Assembly (NCBI GenBank): GCA_963804165.1
Contig: CAWDPO010000040.1
Coordinates: forward strand, 166,143-230,142
DNA from: an uncultured delta proteobacterium
Lineage (GTDB): Bacteria; Desulfobacterota; Binatia; UBA9968
Direction: 5' to 3'
Length of the DNA: 64,000 nt
Under the pieces are notes generated by a model. That model was not told the origin of the DNA, made no database searches, and saw nothing but the letters and a program-made list of their open reading frames with translations. Shown piece after piece: positions 53,318 through 64,000 of the stretch (position 1 is the first letter of the stretch; each line of letters starts with the position of its first letter). A program made the position numbers and the translations under genes.

Positions 53318-54545
53318 TTATGAACCGAGGAGCGCCGCGCTGACATGTTCCGGGCGGATGCCGAGACCGACGATACGAGCCGGGATGCGCCGGAGGAAGG
53401 GCACTCTAGCGAGTAAACGCACCGCCAGCGGCGGCTTGAGCGGGCCGGTTTCGACCAGTACCCGCGCAATGATCCGGCGCTGCACGGCGACCTGCAATCC
53501 TTGCGTCATGCGCGTGGGCAACTCGCGGCGCTTCTGGATGCGGCGCAGGTGATCTATGGCGAGCTGTCCGTCGCGCAGCGGTTTGAAAAGAACATTGGCT
53601 GCCGCCACGGCATCCTGTATCGCGAGATTGATACCGACACCGCCGACCGGAGACATCGCATGGGCGCAGTCGCCGATGCATAAGAGACCCGGCCGAAACC
53701 AATCGAGCAAACGGTCCACACGGACCGTCAATAGCTTTACATCCTCCCAGCCGCGGAGCTCCTGCACGCTGTCTTTCACATAGGGCGCGAGCTTCACGAT
53801 CGCCGCGCGAAAAGTTTCGAACGGCTGCCGGCGCATCTCTTCGAACTGTCCCTTGGCAATGACGTAGCCGCACTGCCAATAGTCGCCGCGATTGAGCGCG
53901 ATAAAAATCCTCCCGGCATCGAACCGGCCCATGGTCGCTGACGGGATCTTCCGCTGTTCGTCTGAGCCGAAACCACAGAACGTCCATCGGCGCGCCGAAT
54001 TCCTGCACCGCCAAACCCGCCTTTTCGCGCACGATCGAGCTCCGGCCGTCCGCGCCGACGACGAGATCGGCGCGCACTTCAATCTCGCCGTTGGGAGTCT
54101 TCGCACGCACGCCGACCACGCGGCCCGATTCCTCGATGAGGCCGGTGACCTCGGCTTCCATCATCAAAGCGAAATTGGCATACGCCGCTTTCCTTTCGGC
54201 GAGGAAATTGAGAAAATCCCACTGCGGCATGAACGCGACAAAGCCGCAGCGGGTCGGCAGGTGGCGGAAGTCCGCGATGGTCAGCCGCATCTCGCCGAAT
54301 TGCGCGTTGAGCTCGTAGACCTTCTGATGCGGCAGCTCGAGAAACTCGTCGAGCAATCCCAGCTCGTGCATCACCTCGAGGGTCGAGGGATGAATGGTAT
54401 CGCCGCGAAAATCGCGCAGGAAATCGCCGTGCTTTTCCAGCACCAAGACTTTGACCCCGGCGCGCGCCAGCAGATAGCCCAGCATCATGCCGGCCGGCCC
54501 GCCGCCGGCGATGCAGCAGCGCACGGAAATTTTCTCAGGTGCCAT
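53318..54545 (-). CDS. FAD-dependent oxidoreductase (aromatic hydroxylase-like), frameshift ~53960
   Basis: GGGPAG, DFRGDTIHP, GADG, GDCAHAMSPVGGVGINLAIQDA. Confidence 0.88.
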
Positions 54546-54929
54546 GGTTTAAGTTTAACGAGCGCTCCGGCTTATCAAAAAAGATGGGGTAAGAGAATTG
54601 GCCTGGGATCGGGTCTCGTGGTCTCTATGAGCACGGCCAAGGGGATTGCAAGAACCTTTGCGAGGACAATGTCAAGGTGGCGATCAAGCTGACAGCTGCA
54701 TTAAACTGCGGCGGCGATGCGCCAGTTTCGGTTTGAGAGCCTGAGCGTGTCGATTTGATATATTAAAAGTATAAAGACTTGATCCTCAAGCTGCTCCCCC
54801 GACGCCTGTTCATCCACCCCAGGTAGAAACGCAAGTAGGTGCAACAACTGACGCTTCACTTCGAGGCCGTTTGTTGGCATCATCCCGCAAATGGAATCGC
54901 CACCTGAATCTGCCCGCATTGCAGCGGTA

Positions 54930-56896
54930 ATGTCCCGAGCCTGGTATAGCGCGTCCGTTTCTGAATTCCTGCAAGCCCGACCGGATACCACTGTCGGACG
55001 ACTGGCAACGAACAGCGACTTCTCTCTGCTTACGACGCAGACGGATGCTTGGTTGGCACAGATTACGGTTTCTCCAAGCCCGTCTAGTCGGTCTGACAGG
55101 CGGGTTGTTTTTGGAGTTCAACATCCCGCGCATGGGCAGACGGATTGATGCGGTGTTACTCATCGGCCCTGTTGTGTTTGTGATCGAGTTCAAAGTCGGC
55201 GAAAGCACGTTTGATCGCGCAGCAGTAGATCAAGTGTGGGATTACGCTTTGGACCTAAGAATTTTCACGAAGCCAGCCATTCTGTTTCAATTGTTCCCAT
55301 TCTCATCGCCACTGAAACTAAGGCAGCGGCGCCGTTGAAACTACATGCCGATGACGACAAGGTCTATCGCCCGATTCTGGTGCATCCCGAGGGTTTTCGC
55401 GAAGCGATCGATCTGAATCTGCAAACCCTCCCCGGTGAAGTGCTCGATGATCAACAATGGTCGCGCGCTTCGTATCATCCGACACCCACCATCGTGGAAG
55501 CCGCGCGAGCTCTTTATGCTCAACATTCGGTCGAAGCTATCGCTCGCTACGATGCGGGCGCGCAGAACCTGCGCGTCACTTCGTGCCGTATTGAAGAACT
55601 GGTGGATGAGGCGAGAGTGCAAAGACGCAAACTCATTTGCTTCGTCACAGGTGTGCCGGGAGCCGGCAAAACACTGGTCGGACTGAACGTTGCCACTCGA
55701 CGGCGAGACCTGGAACAACCGACACATGCAGTATTTCTTTCAGGAAACGGCCCGCTTGTCGCTGTGCTCCATGAAGCACTCACCCGTGACGAGGTTGCGC
55801 GTCAGAAAAAAATGGATCAAAATGCGGAAAGGGAAAATTGCAGAGAGCGTCAAAGCTTTCATCCAGAACGTCCATCACTTTCGCGACGATCTGTTATTCG
55901 ACTCCGGGCCACCGACAGAACACGTTGCCATATTCGATGAGGCGCAACGCGCGTGGAACTTGCGGCAAACCGCGAACTTCATGCGTCGAAAAAAGAATCA
56001 GCCCGGGTTCTCCCAATCAGAGCCAGAGTTCCTGATTTCGTGTATGGATCGCCACACCGATTGGGCTGTCATTATTTGCCTTGTCGGTGGCGGACAGGAG
56101 ATCCACACGGGCGAAGCCGGAATCGATGCTTGGCTTGATGCCGTAACTCGAAATTCCTGCATTGGCACATGTACATCTCATCAAGACTCACCGACAGCGA
56201 GTATGCGGCTGGCAAGGCTTTGGAAACCGTCGCAGCGGCAGAACACTCACTTCAACGATTGCCTCCACCTCGCCGTTTCGATGAGATCGTTTCGGGCTGA
56301 GAACGTTTCGGCCTTCGTCAAGGCACTCCTCGATTGCGAAAAACAACACGCGCGTGAAGCTTTCGCAGAACTGGCCGACCGCTATCCTATCGCCGTCACC
56401 CGCGATTTGAGTCGGGCCAAACAGTGGATTCGCGCGCGTGCCCGGGGAACAGAGCGGTTTGGATTGGTCGCCTCGTCGAAAGCTCTACGTCTGAAGCCTC
56501 ACGCGATCGATATTCGCGTAGACGTTAATCCCGTGCATTGGTTTCTCAACGATAAGGACGACACACGGTCGAGCTACTATCTCGAAGACGCTGCCACGGA
56601 GTTTCAGGTCCAGGGCTTGGAATAGACTGGACATGTGTGACTTGGGATGGTGACCTGCGTTTCACCGGTTCCGGATGGAGTTTCCATGACTTCCGCGGCG
56701 ACCGGTGGTGCAATGTCGCGAATCCGGATAACCGGCGCTACCTCCGCAACGCGTACCGAGTCCTACTCACTCGCGCCCAGCAAGGAATGGTAATTTTGTC
56801 CCGCCCGGTGACCCAAGTGATCCGACTCGGTCGCCTGAGTTTTACGATTCGACTTTCAACTATCTTACCGAGCTTGGCGTTCCTGAACTGCGATAA
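54930..56896 (+). CDS. DUF2075 (Schlafen-group-3-like) nuclease-helicase, multiple frameshifts
   Basis: RIDAVL...IEFK; GVPGAGKT; FDEAQRAW; TEFQVQGLE; [10 protein letters not shown]. Confidence 0.82.
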
Positions 56897-57454
56897 ACGC
56901 TTCGGCCGCGCGTACGGCGGTCGCTGAGTTAAAAACCTGAGGCTCCGTCTTCCTCGCCAAGTGCGACAGCAATCGCTAGCGCATTGCGCGGTATAAATGC
57001 ACCGTAGTCGTCGACAAGCCTCTAGATCTCACGTGCAGCGGATATGCTCCAATCTGCCGAAACCACAAGTTCTTTGAGAATTTCTGACTCGTCGTATCCG
57101 CTGTTAGTATTCTTTAGCGATCTCTAAGCCAGAATCGTCTGATATTCGCCAATCAAAAATCTACGTACTCACCGTCTCTCATAAATTGCAATCTCCTCTC
57201 GTTCGTAGTTGGCGTATTTATGCTACTATTCGACCGCAGAAGCCGGCGAGAATAAGTTTGCAGGTTTTGGGATCGCGCCTGGATATTTAACAATTGAAAT
57301 AGGTGGAACAGTGGGCAGCGAATGTGACTTGTCTTAGTCTGCAACGGGCGCTGTTCTAGCAAAGTGATTTTATGTCACGGTGAGGACGAAAACTCGCAGT
57401 CGTGGAGCATGTGCGTGGGGACGTATCGTCCAGATCGCCAAGACAGATGAAGGC

Positions 57455-58084
57455 TTAGGGCTTTTCTGCTGCCATCAAGCTCAGGTCGGCAGCGGGGCAG
57501 ATCTCTCTCGCCTCGATAAAACCAACTTCCTTGAAGGTCGATAGGTGCTCTTCGACCGTCATGAAGTGGGCTGCCCGATGATCGGAGGGCGAAGAAGAAT
57601 TGACGTGATCGCAGATCAAAATAGTTCCTCCGGGAACGAGCAGGCTGTAAAGCTGAGCATAAAGCTTTGGGATACGGCTCGCGTGACGGAGCTCGTGCAC
57701 GGCCTGCAGCGACACGACTAGATCGAAGCCGGCCGGAACCGCCGCTGTCCAGTTGTTCTTTTTAAAATCCAACTGAATAAAAACCGTCCGGTCTTTGAAC
57801 TTCGCCAAGCGACTGCGGCTGAGATCCAGCATCTGCGGCGAGAAGTCGACGAGCGTGTAGCGCGCGATCTGGCAGTTTTGCAGCAAGGCTTCAGCCAGAA
57901 ATCCCGGTCCGCATCCCAACTCGAAGACCGACAATGCGGCTTTCTTGATCCGCGCGGCTTCAGCGGCAAAGACCTTGAACAATTGCTGCCGTTCCGGCCG
58001 GTATCTGAGAATGCTGTCGGTCCATTGCTTTACATAAGCCGGATCGAAGAAATCGTGGTCGCTCGGCACTTCTTTCAGACTCAT
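57455..58084 (-). CDS. Class I SAM-dependent methyltransferase
   Basis: FELGCGPG, VDFSPQML, FDLVVS..AVHE, LVPGG. Confidence 0.88.
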   Translation of the reverse strand: MSLKEVPSDHDFFDPAYVKQWTDSILRYRPERQQLFKVFAAEAARIKKAALSVFELGCGPGFLAEALLQNCQIARYTLVDFSPQMLDLSRSRLAKFKDRTVFIQLDFKKNNWTAAVPAGFDLVVSLQAVHELRHASRIPKLYAQLYSLLVPGGTILICDHVNSSSPSDHRAAHFMTVEEHLSTFKEVGFIEAREICPAADLSLMAAEKP

Positions 58085-58199
58085 CGATGCCACATTAGTT
58101 CTCGACTCCCGTGGATGCAACTAACGGACACAAAACACCATTGATCTGTGAGGCGAAGGGAAAGATGTGGTGCTCGCTCGGGAATCGTCGGGCGTGCAA

Positions 58200-58379
58200 C
58201 GGCAAAGAAACGATGGCGTTTGGATTCGGGCGAAAGCGACGAAAAAACTCCTTCAGCGCATCCTTGTCGCTCGTTTGGGCAATGCGGATGGTGGCGGTCG
58301 TGCCGTCACCCAGGATTAAGCTCCTGATTGTGCCGCATCTTGAAAGGGCAGGGAGATACCGAGGACGAACCGTGGTCAC
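58200..58379 (-). pseudogene. N-terminal remnant of a GNAT/acyl-CoA-ligase fusion
   Basis: LILGDGTTATIRIAQTSDKDALKEFF, then frame lost. Confidence 0.55.
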
Positions 58380-58658
58380 ATTTTAGTAGGCTCTCCCCGG
58401 CAAATTTTCAAGATCCAGAATGGCAATTCATACAGCGGGCTGATTAGCCCGCTGTACGATTTTTCGCCAAAGCTTGCCGGGTTGTGGAATTATCCTTCCT
58501 TTGAACAGCCTGCGATTGCCCTTTTGTGTCAATCTGTCATGCCGTGATCTGACAACGGCGACGTCATTGATCGTCGTTACCCCGCAGGATACCTACGAAT
58601 TCCAATCACTCAAAGACTTCAAGCGCTTGGCACAACCTCTGCGTAACAAGGGGATTCT

Positions 58659-59051
58659 ATGGCCTACAAAGTCTTAGTGATTGAAGACAACACCGATTGC
58701 CGCGAACTCTTTGCCATGATTATCCGCCATTTAGGTTTTCAGGTTGTTGAGGCGGACGATGGTGAAATTGGCGTGCAGAAGGCGTTGAATGAAAAACCCG
58801 ATCTGATTTTTATGGACCTCGGCATGCCGAGCATGGGCGGGATCGAAGCGACCGCCTGTCTACGCGAAAGCAGGGTCACAAAAAACGTCCCGATTATTAT
58901 TTGCACCGCCTGGATGGCCGACAAACACCGCGAAGCCGCGATCAAAAACGGCGCGCACGAAGTGATCATGAAACCGGTTTCCATCCAGGAGTTGCAGACC
59001 GTTTTACTGCGCTATCTTCCCGCTCCGACAGAGGACCGACAGATACATTGA
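58659..59051 (+). CDS. Single-domain response regulator (DivK-like)
   Basis: VLVIEDN, PDLIFMDLGMP, CTA, MKP. Confidence 0.9.
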   Translation: MAYKVLVIEDNTDCRELFAMIIRHLGFQVVEADDGEIGVQKALNEKPDLIFMDLGMPSMGGIEATACLRESRVTKNVPIIICTAWMADKHREAAIKNGAHEVIMKPVSIQELQTVLLRYLPAPTEDRQIH

Positions 59052-59423
59052 TCATCGCCGTGCCCCTCTGTCCCGGAGAAAGTTTCTCGCGCCCCATCGA
59101 GCGCTGTTTCATCGCATAATTTTTGGTCCGTAGCGGGTCAATGTCACGACTCGCTCCCTGGCCAGCTCATGACTGTTTCCTGCTCAAGCGTCAGCATCTG
59201 TACAAACTCTTGATTCCACGTTAATCGGATCGCTCCGATCCAGTGCATGCCGGTGAAACGCCGGCGCTGCTTGACATTGCTTTTTCGGATCGGCTAGTGC
59301 TAAAAATCTAAAGTGATTGCAAAGTCCATGATGGTTTTCTCGTGCGACGGTCGCACTCTCTTTTGGCCGCGCAAGAGTCGAGTGTCATTGAATAAGTAAG
59401 AGTGAAGCCGAGGAGGAATTTTC

Positions 59424-60131
59424 ATGAAACCACAAGAGTGGCGGCAAAAGCTGGGTGATCGCGTGCGGGATCTATTTCTCTCGCCGGAGATGCAGCATTT
59501 TTATTCAATTCCCATGACAACCGTGCGAGCGAGGATTTATTTGCTGCAATTGAGTCTCTACGTGCGCCAGCGCCGAAACTTCTGGCCACAGGTGGCGGCC
59601 AATTGTCCTGAATTCGAAGTCAAGCAACGCATCATGGAGCATGAACATGAGGAGTTGGTCGAGGACGAGCACTCTAAAGCAGGTCATTTGGATCTCATCT
59701 TCCGCCAGGGAAAAGAGTTAGGGTTAAGCGTCGGCGACGTGATCGAGGCCGAGCCGCTGCCGACGACCAAGGCGGCGATCTACGGCTGGTTTTGGATCGC
59801 GCGCAATCGACCATGGCAGGAAGCGATCGCGGCTTCGACCATCGCGGAATGGACGAATGACGATCGATTGCTCGGTGACATCGGCGGCGGCAACTGCACT
59901 CGGTTGTATAAGATTTGGAAGCACGATTTAAATTTCGCCGACGCGCAGATGCCGAACTTTACGGCCCACAGTAAAGCCGATGTGAAGCATTCCGACATGT
60001 TCATCGACGTGCTCGAAAAATATGTCACGCCCGGCCGGGAACAGGACGTACTCGACACCGCCAAGGAATCTATGGACCTGCATCGCGCTTATTTTGGCGG
60101 CATGGCCCACGCGATGTCCCAGGCGTCCTAG
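59424..60131 (+). CDS. Heme-oxygenase-like diiron oxidase (CADD/PqqC/TenA superfamily)
   Basis: HEHEE...GHLDL, IAEW, HSKADVKH; AGGAGG RBS. Confidence 0.75.
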   Translation: MKPQEWRQKLGDRVRDLFLSPEMQHFYSIPMTTVRARIYLLQLSLYVRQRRNFWPQVAANCPEFEVKQRIMEHEHEELVEDEHSKAGHLDLIFRQGKELGLSVGDVIEAEPLPTTKAAIYGWFWIARNRPWQEAIAASTIAEWTNDDRLLGDIGGGNCTRLYKIWKHDLNFADAQMPNFTAHSKADVKHSDMFIDVLEKYVTPGREQDVLDTAKESMDLHRAYFGGMAHAMSQAS

Positions 60132-60150
60132 GTTTCGAAAGGTCACGCCG

Positions 60151-61149
60151 ATGAAGCTCGAGGATCTCGATAGCCAGTTAGAGAAAAATCACCTGTCCGG
60201 ATTCTGGCGCACACGGGTGCCGTCGCATTTATCCGAGGCGCCGTATTTGTGGAAGTGGGAGGCGCTGCTTGACGGCCTACTCAAAGCCAGCGAGACCATC
60301 GGCATCGAGCAGGCCGAGCGGCGCGCCATTCGGGTGGTGAACCCCCATCTGCCGACCAAATCGACATCGCACACCTTGCAGGTGACTTTTTCCATCGTAA
60401 ATCCCGGCGAGGTGGCGCGGGCGCACCGGCACAATATGGCGGCAATCCGCTTTGTAGTGCAGGGGAAGGGCGCGTACACCGTGGTCGATGGCGAAAAGTT
60501 CTACATGGATGAGGGGGATCTAATTCTCACACCCAACTGGACGTGGCACGATCATCATAACGAATCTCACGACCCGATTATCTGGCTTGACGGTTTGGAC
60601 GGCCCGCTGATTCAATCGTTCAACATCCTTTTTTTCGAAGAATCCAAAGTCACGGAGCAGCCGATTACACACCAAACCGGCGAATCCTTAAGTCGCTTGG
60701 GCTTTGTGCGCGCGCCAAGAAACAACGAAAGCCATGAGCGCGGCGTACCGTTTCGTTACGCTTGGAAAGACACTCACGCCTCGCTTCGGGCGATGGGGGA
60801 TCATGACCGCGATGACTACGACGCCAGATTGCTGCGCTATATCAATCCTGTCACGGGCGGATATACGTATCCGACGATGTCCTGCGAGATTCAGCTTTTC
60901 AAAGGCAAGGAATCGACGCGGACACATCGCCACACCAGCACGGCGATCTACCACGTCGTCCGCGGTCAAGGCCGAACCCGCGTCGCCGAAGGGTATCTCG
61001 ATTGGAAACAGGGCGACACTTTCGTTGTGCCGATCTGGCAGTGGCATGCCCATGAGAACATTTCGAACGACGAGGCAGTGCTTTTTTCCATTAACGATCG
61101 CCCGGTAATGGATTCTTTGCAACTCTATCGAGAAGAATCGGCAAATTAG
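60151..61149 (+). CDS. Gentisate 1,2-dioxygenase-like bicupin
   Basis: AERR, PGEVARAHRH...AIRF, TPNWTWHDH, WLDGLD, HRHT. Confidence 0.88.
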   Translation: MKLEDLDSQLEKNHLSGFWRTRVPSHLSEAPYLWKWEALLDGLLKASETIGIEQAERRAIRVVNPHLPTKSTSHTLQVTFSIVNPGEVARAHRHNMAAIRFVVQGKGAYTVVDGEKFYMDEGDLILTPNWTWHDHHNESHDPIIWLDGLDGPLIQSFNILFFEESKVTEQPITHQTGESLSRLGFVRAPRNNESHERGVPFRYAWKDTHASLRAMGDHDRDDYDARLLRYINPVTGGYTYPTMSCEIQLFKGKESTRTHRHTSTAIYHVVRGQGRTRVAEGYLDWKQGDTFVVPIWQWHAHENISNDEAVLFSINDRPVMDSLQLYREESAN

Positions 61150-61192
61150 TTATCCCGGCTTCCGTGTCATTGCTCGCATCCAAAACCTGACC

Positions 61193-62196
61193 ATGGCTTC
61201 GCCGATCAAAGTTAAGCTTGCCAGCCGCGCTTATGACGGCACGCTGCCGATCCTGCGCGGCCAGATGGGAATTCCCGGATTCGAGTTTGATATCACCGAG
61301 ACTGAGGACGTGCCGGGGATGTTCGCCGGCATGTTCAAGGGGCAATTTGATGTCTCCGAAATGTCGCTCGGCGAACTGATTTACTACACTTCGAGAAACA
61401 AAGCCGACTTTGTTGCGGTGCCGGTTTTCCCTTCGCGCATGTTTCGCCAGGGTTTCATTTTCGTCCGCAAAAATTCCGGGATTACCCAACCCTCGGATCT
61501 AAACGGCAAAAAACTCGGCTTTCTTCGCTGGGTGCAGACCGCGGCGATCTGGATGCGCGGTATGCTGATCGAAGAGTATGGCTTGTCTGCGAAGGACAGC
61601 GAGTGGTATGTCGCTTCGATGCATCATTGGGACGATCATGATCCCGGCGCGACGGTCGAGCCGCGGGACGGTTCGGTCGTTCGTGTGATTGAAAACAGTG
61701 GCAAAGATACGTCGGATCGGGCCTGCCGAGCGCTTTTCGAGGGTCAAATCGACGCGCTCGGAATCACCGAATCGCAGCTGGTGGCTTTAATGGCCAACGA
61801 TTCGGTCGAGCGGCTATTTAAAAATCCCCGCGAGGTCGAGGCGAATTATTTTCGCAAAACAAAGATCTTGCCGATCATGCATGTGTTGGCGCTGCAAAAA
61901 AGTCTCGCCGACCGTTATCCGGAGCTGCCGGAAAAATTGTTTCGGCTTTACTGTGACGCAAAGCGCTGGGCGCAACGTTGGCGCCGGGCGATTCCCAGTT
62001 TGGTCGAAGCCTGGCCGAATCATTACCTCGCGGACGAACAGAAATTATTTGCCGTCGATCCCTGGGCGTACGGGTTGGAAGCGAATCGGCATGTGCTCGA
62101 TACATTCCTCGCTTATGCGACGCCCAAGGCATCACGGCGCGGCGGATCGCGCCCGAAGAGATTTTTCATCCAAATACGTTGAAGCTCGTCGAATAG
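61193..62196 (+). CDS. 4,5-dihydroxyphthalate decarboxylase-like (Pht5) protein, frameshift ~62117
   Basis: YDGT.P, FDVSEMS, PVFPSRMFR, QTAAIWMRG, PIMH, DPWAYGLEAN. Confidence 0.82.
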
Positions 62197-62225
62197 TCTA
62201 CACCATCGACCGAAGGGAGTATTTT

Positions 62226-63718
62226 ATGGCGACTGCAACTGCAGCTAAACCGGCGCCGACAAATTCTTGCGATCTGCGCGACTGGTTGAAAGACGTCAAG
62301 AAACTCGAACAGCTCGAACAAATCTCCGGTGCCCATTGGGACTTGGAGATCGGTGCGCTCACCGAAATCATTCTCGAAAGAATCTCCACGCCACCCGCGG
62401 TTATATTTGACAACGTCCCGGGCTTCGATCCCAACCGCCGCGTGCTCGTAAACATGCTCGAAACGCTGGAGCGGACCGCGCTGACGTTGAATCTGCCGCT
62501 GGATTTAAAAACGATTCCGTTGATTGACGCGTTGCGCGGGCGTTTGCGGTCGATGCAACCGATTAAAGCGAACGTGCTCTCCAGCGGTCCTGTATTCGAG
62601 AATATCGAACGCGGCGATCAGATTGATCTCATGAAATTTCCGGTGCCGCGCTGGCACGCGGGCGACGGCGGGCGCTACCTCGGTACGGCTCATCTGGTGG
62701 TGACGCGCGACCCGGAAACCGGTATCGAAAACGTCGGCTGCTACCGGGTCATGCTGCAGGACAAGGATAAAGTGGGCTTATACATCTCGCCCGGTAAACA
62801 TGGCAAGATTCACTACGAAAAAGCGATGAAGGCCGGTAAGCCGTTTCCGGTGGCGATGGCCTTTGGCCAGCATCCGCTGCTCTATATCGCGGCGTCGCAA
62901 GCCGTTCCTTTCGGCGTCAACGAATACGATTGGGCCGGCGGGCTCATCGGCCAGCCGATCGAAGTGATCGAGGGACCGCTGACCGGATTGCATTTTCCAG
63001 CCAGCGCCGAGTTCGTGATCGAAGGGGAGATCGTTCCCGGCGAGTCGATGCAGGAAGGACCGTTCGGCGAGTGGCCGGGTTATTACGCCAGCGCCCAGCG
63101 CGCTGAGCCGTTCGTGCGGGTCAAGGCGCTTTATCATCGCAACGATCCGATTATCTGCAGCGCGGCGCCGTTCAAACCGACGATTCACGGCATGTATCGC
63201 TCCTGCTTGCGCGCCGCGACCGTGTGGAATGGCATGGAACAGGCGGGCGTTCCCGATATCAAGGGCGTCTATCTGCCGCCGCCAGCGCAGCGCTTCATGA
63301 TCGTTGTCGCGATAAAACAGCGATACCCGGGCCATGCAAAGCAAGCTGCGCTAGTGGCTTGCCAATGTCACGCCGGCGCCTATTTGGGACGCTATGTTGT
63401 TGTTGTGGACGACGACATCGATATCACCGATCTAAATGAAGTGGTTTGGGCGATGGCGACGCGCTCTGATCCTGCGACTTCGGTCGACATATTGCGGCGC
63501 ACTTGGAGCGGACCACTCGATCCGATCATCCCGCCAGGACAGAAGGGCCATAACTCGCGGATGATTATCGAAGCGGTGCGGCCGTGGGAATGGCGCGAAA
63601 GTTTCCCGCGACGAGCGCGATCAGTGCCGATACGCGCAATGAATATTCTAATAAATGGCAAAAGCAATTGGCCCAGGTTCAAGCGCGCCATTCACATGGC
63701 CGGCTTGAACCGAACTAA
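62226..63718 (+). CDS. UbiD-family (prFMN) decarboxylase, frameshift ~63609
   Basis: DGGRYLGT, NVGCYR, EGPFGEWPGYY, VVVVDDDIDI...VWAMATR; alternative frame ends at TAA 63718. Confidence 0.9.
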
Positions 63719-64000
63719 TTCTTGCCGCGCGCTCGTCATAATTTGTCAAAATTGTCCGTCCACCCTGTCGATGGAACCACCGATCGACGTCGCATCTCTA
63801 TGCCACAAGATCAGCTAAGAAGAGCCTTTTAACACCGGAAAAAGCCCGGGCGGGTACGAAAAGCTGCACTAGTTGGCCAATTTTGTCCGCGGCAGGTTAA
63901 GCACCGCGCTTTTGCGCCGTTAGCTACATTTTTCCGCCTCTCGTGGGAAATCTTTGGTAAAATAGAGCCTTAACTAGGGTTGTCGGTGTGTTGAAATAGT

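Noticed and set aside
56620-56640. TAG in DUF2075 as stop-codon readthrough
   Set aside because: The conserved motif GLELDW is restored by adding one T, so this is a frameshift
58628-58643. TGGCAC-AACCT-CTGCG as a sigma54 promoter
   Set aside because: GG-N10-GC fits, but the predicted start site falls past the apparent RBS; left unlisted as uncertain

Overview
64 kb of bacterial DNA at moderately high GC. Gene content suggests a soil deltaproteobacterium-like lineage such as Ca. Binatia (inference only). Frameshifts split at least ten otherwise conserved genes, several at homopolymer runs, which looks like long-read assembly error. Positions 1-52,500 form a stress/dormancy-type gene region: kaiC-kaiB-kaiB-PAS histidine kinase, two sigma54 activators (one GlrR-like), opgGH, SOD, AhpC, ferritin-like proteins, Ku/LigD, a sucAB pair, BON/DUF883/DUF3309/CBS/USP/HPF proteins and an alternative RpoD-family sigma. 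The rest holds a DUF2075 nuclease-helicase and an aromatic-catabolism-like operon (diiron oxidase, gentisate-type cupin, Pht5-like, UbiD). Signals the ORF track misses: (1) an NhaP-antiporter/rhodanese fusion that appears to read through an in-frame TGA in a C-A-U-P-D-E motif, followed by a SECIS-like hairpin (probable selenoprotein); (2) about a dozen correctly placed sigma54 -24/-12 promoters plus TGTC-N10-GACA boxes, suggesting a sigma54 general-stress regulon next to a KaiBC timer; (3) two unannotated zinc-finger microproteins (49 aa CCHC-type, 43 aa DnaJ-type); (4) many short remnants of stress genes. No rRNA, tRNA or CRISPR array was recognised.
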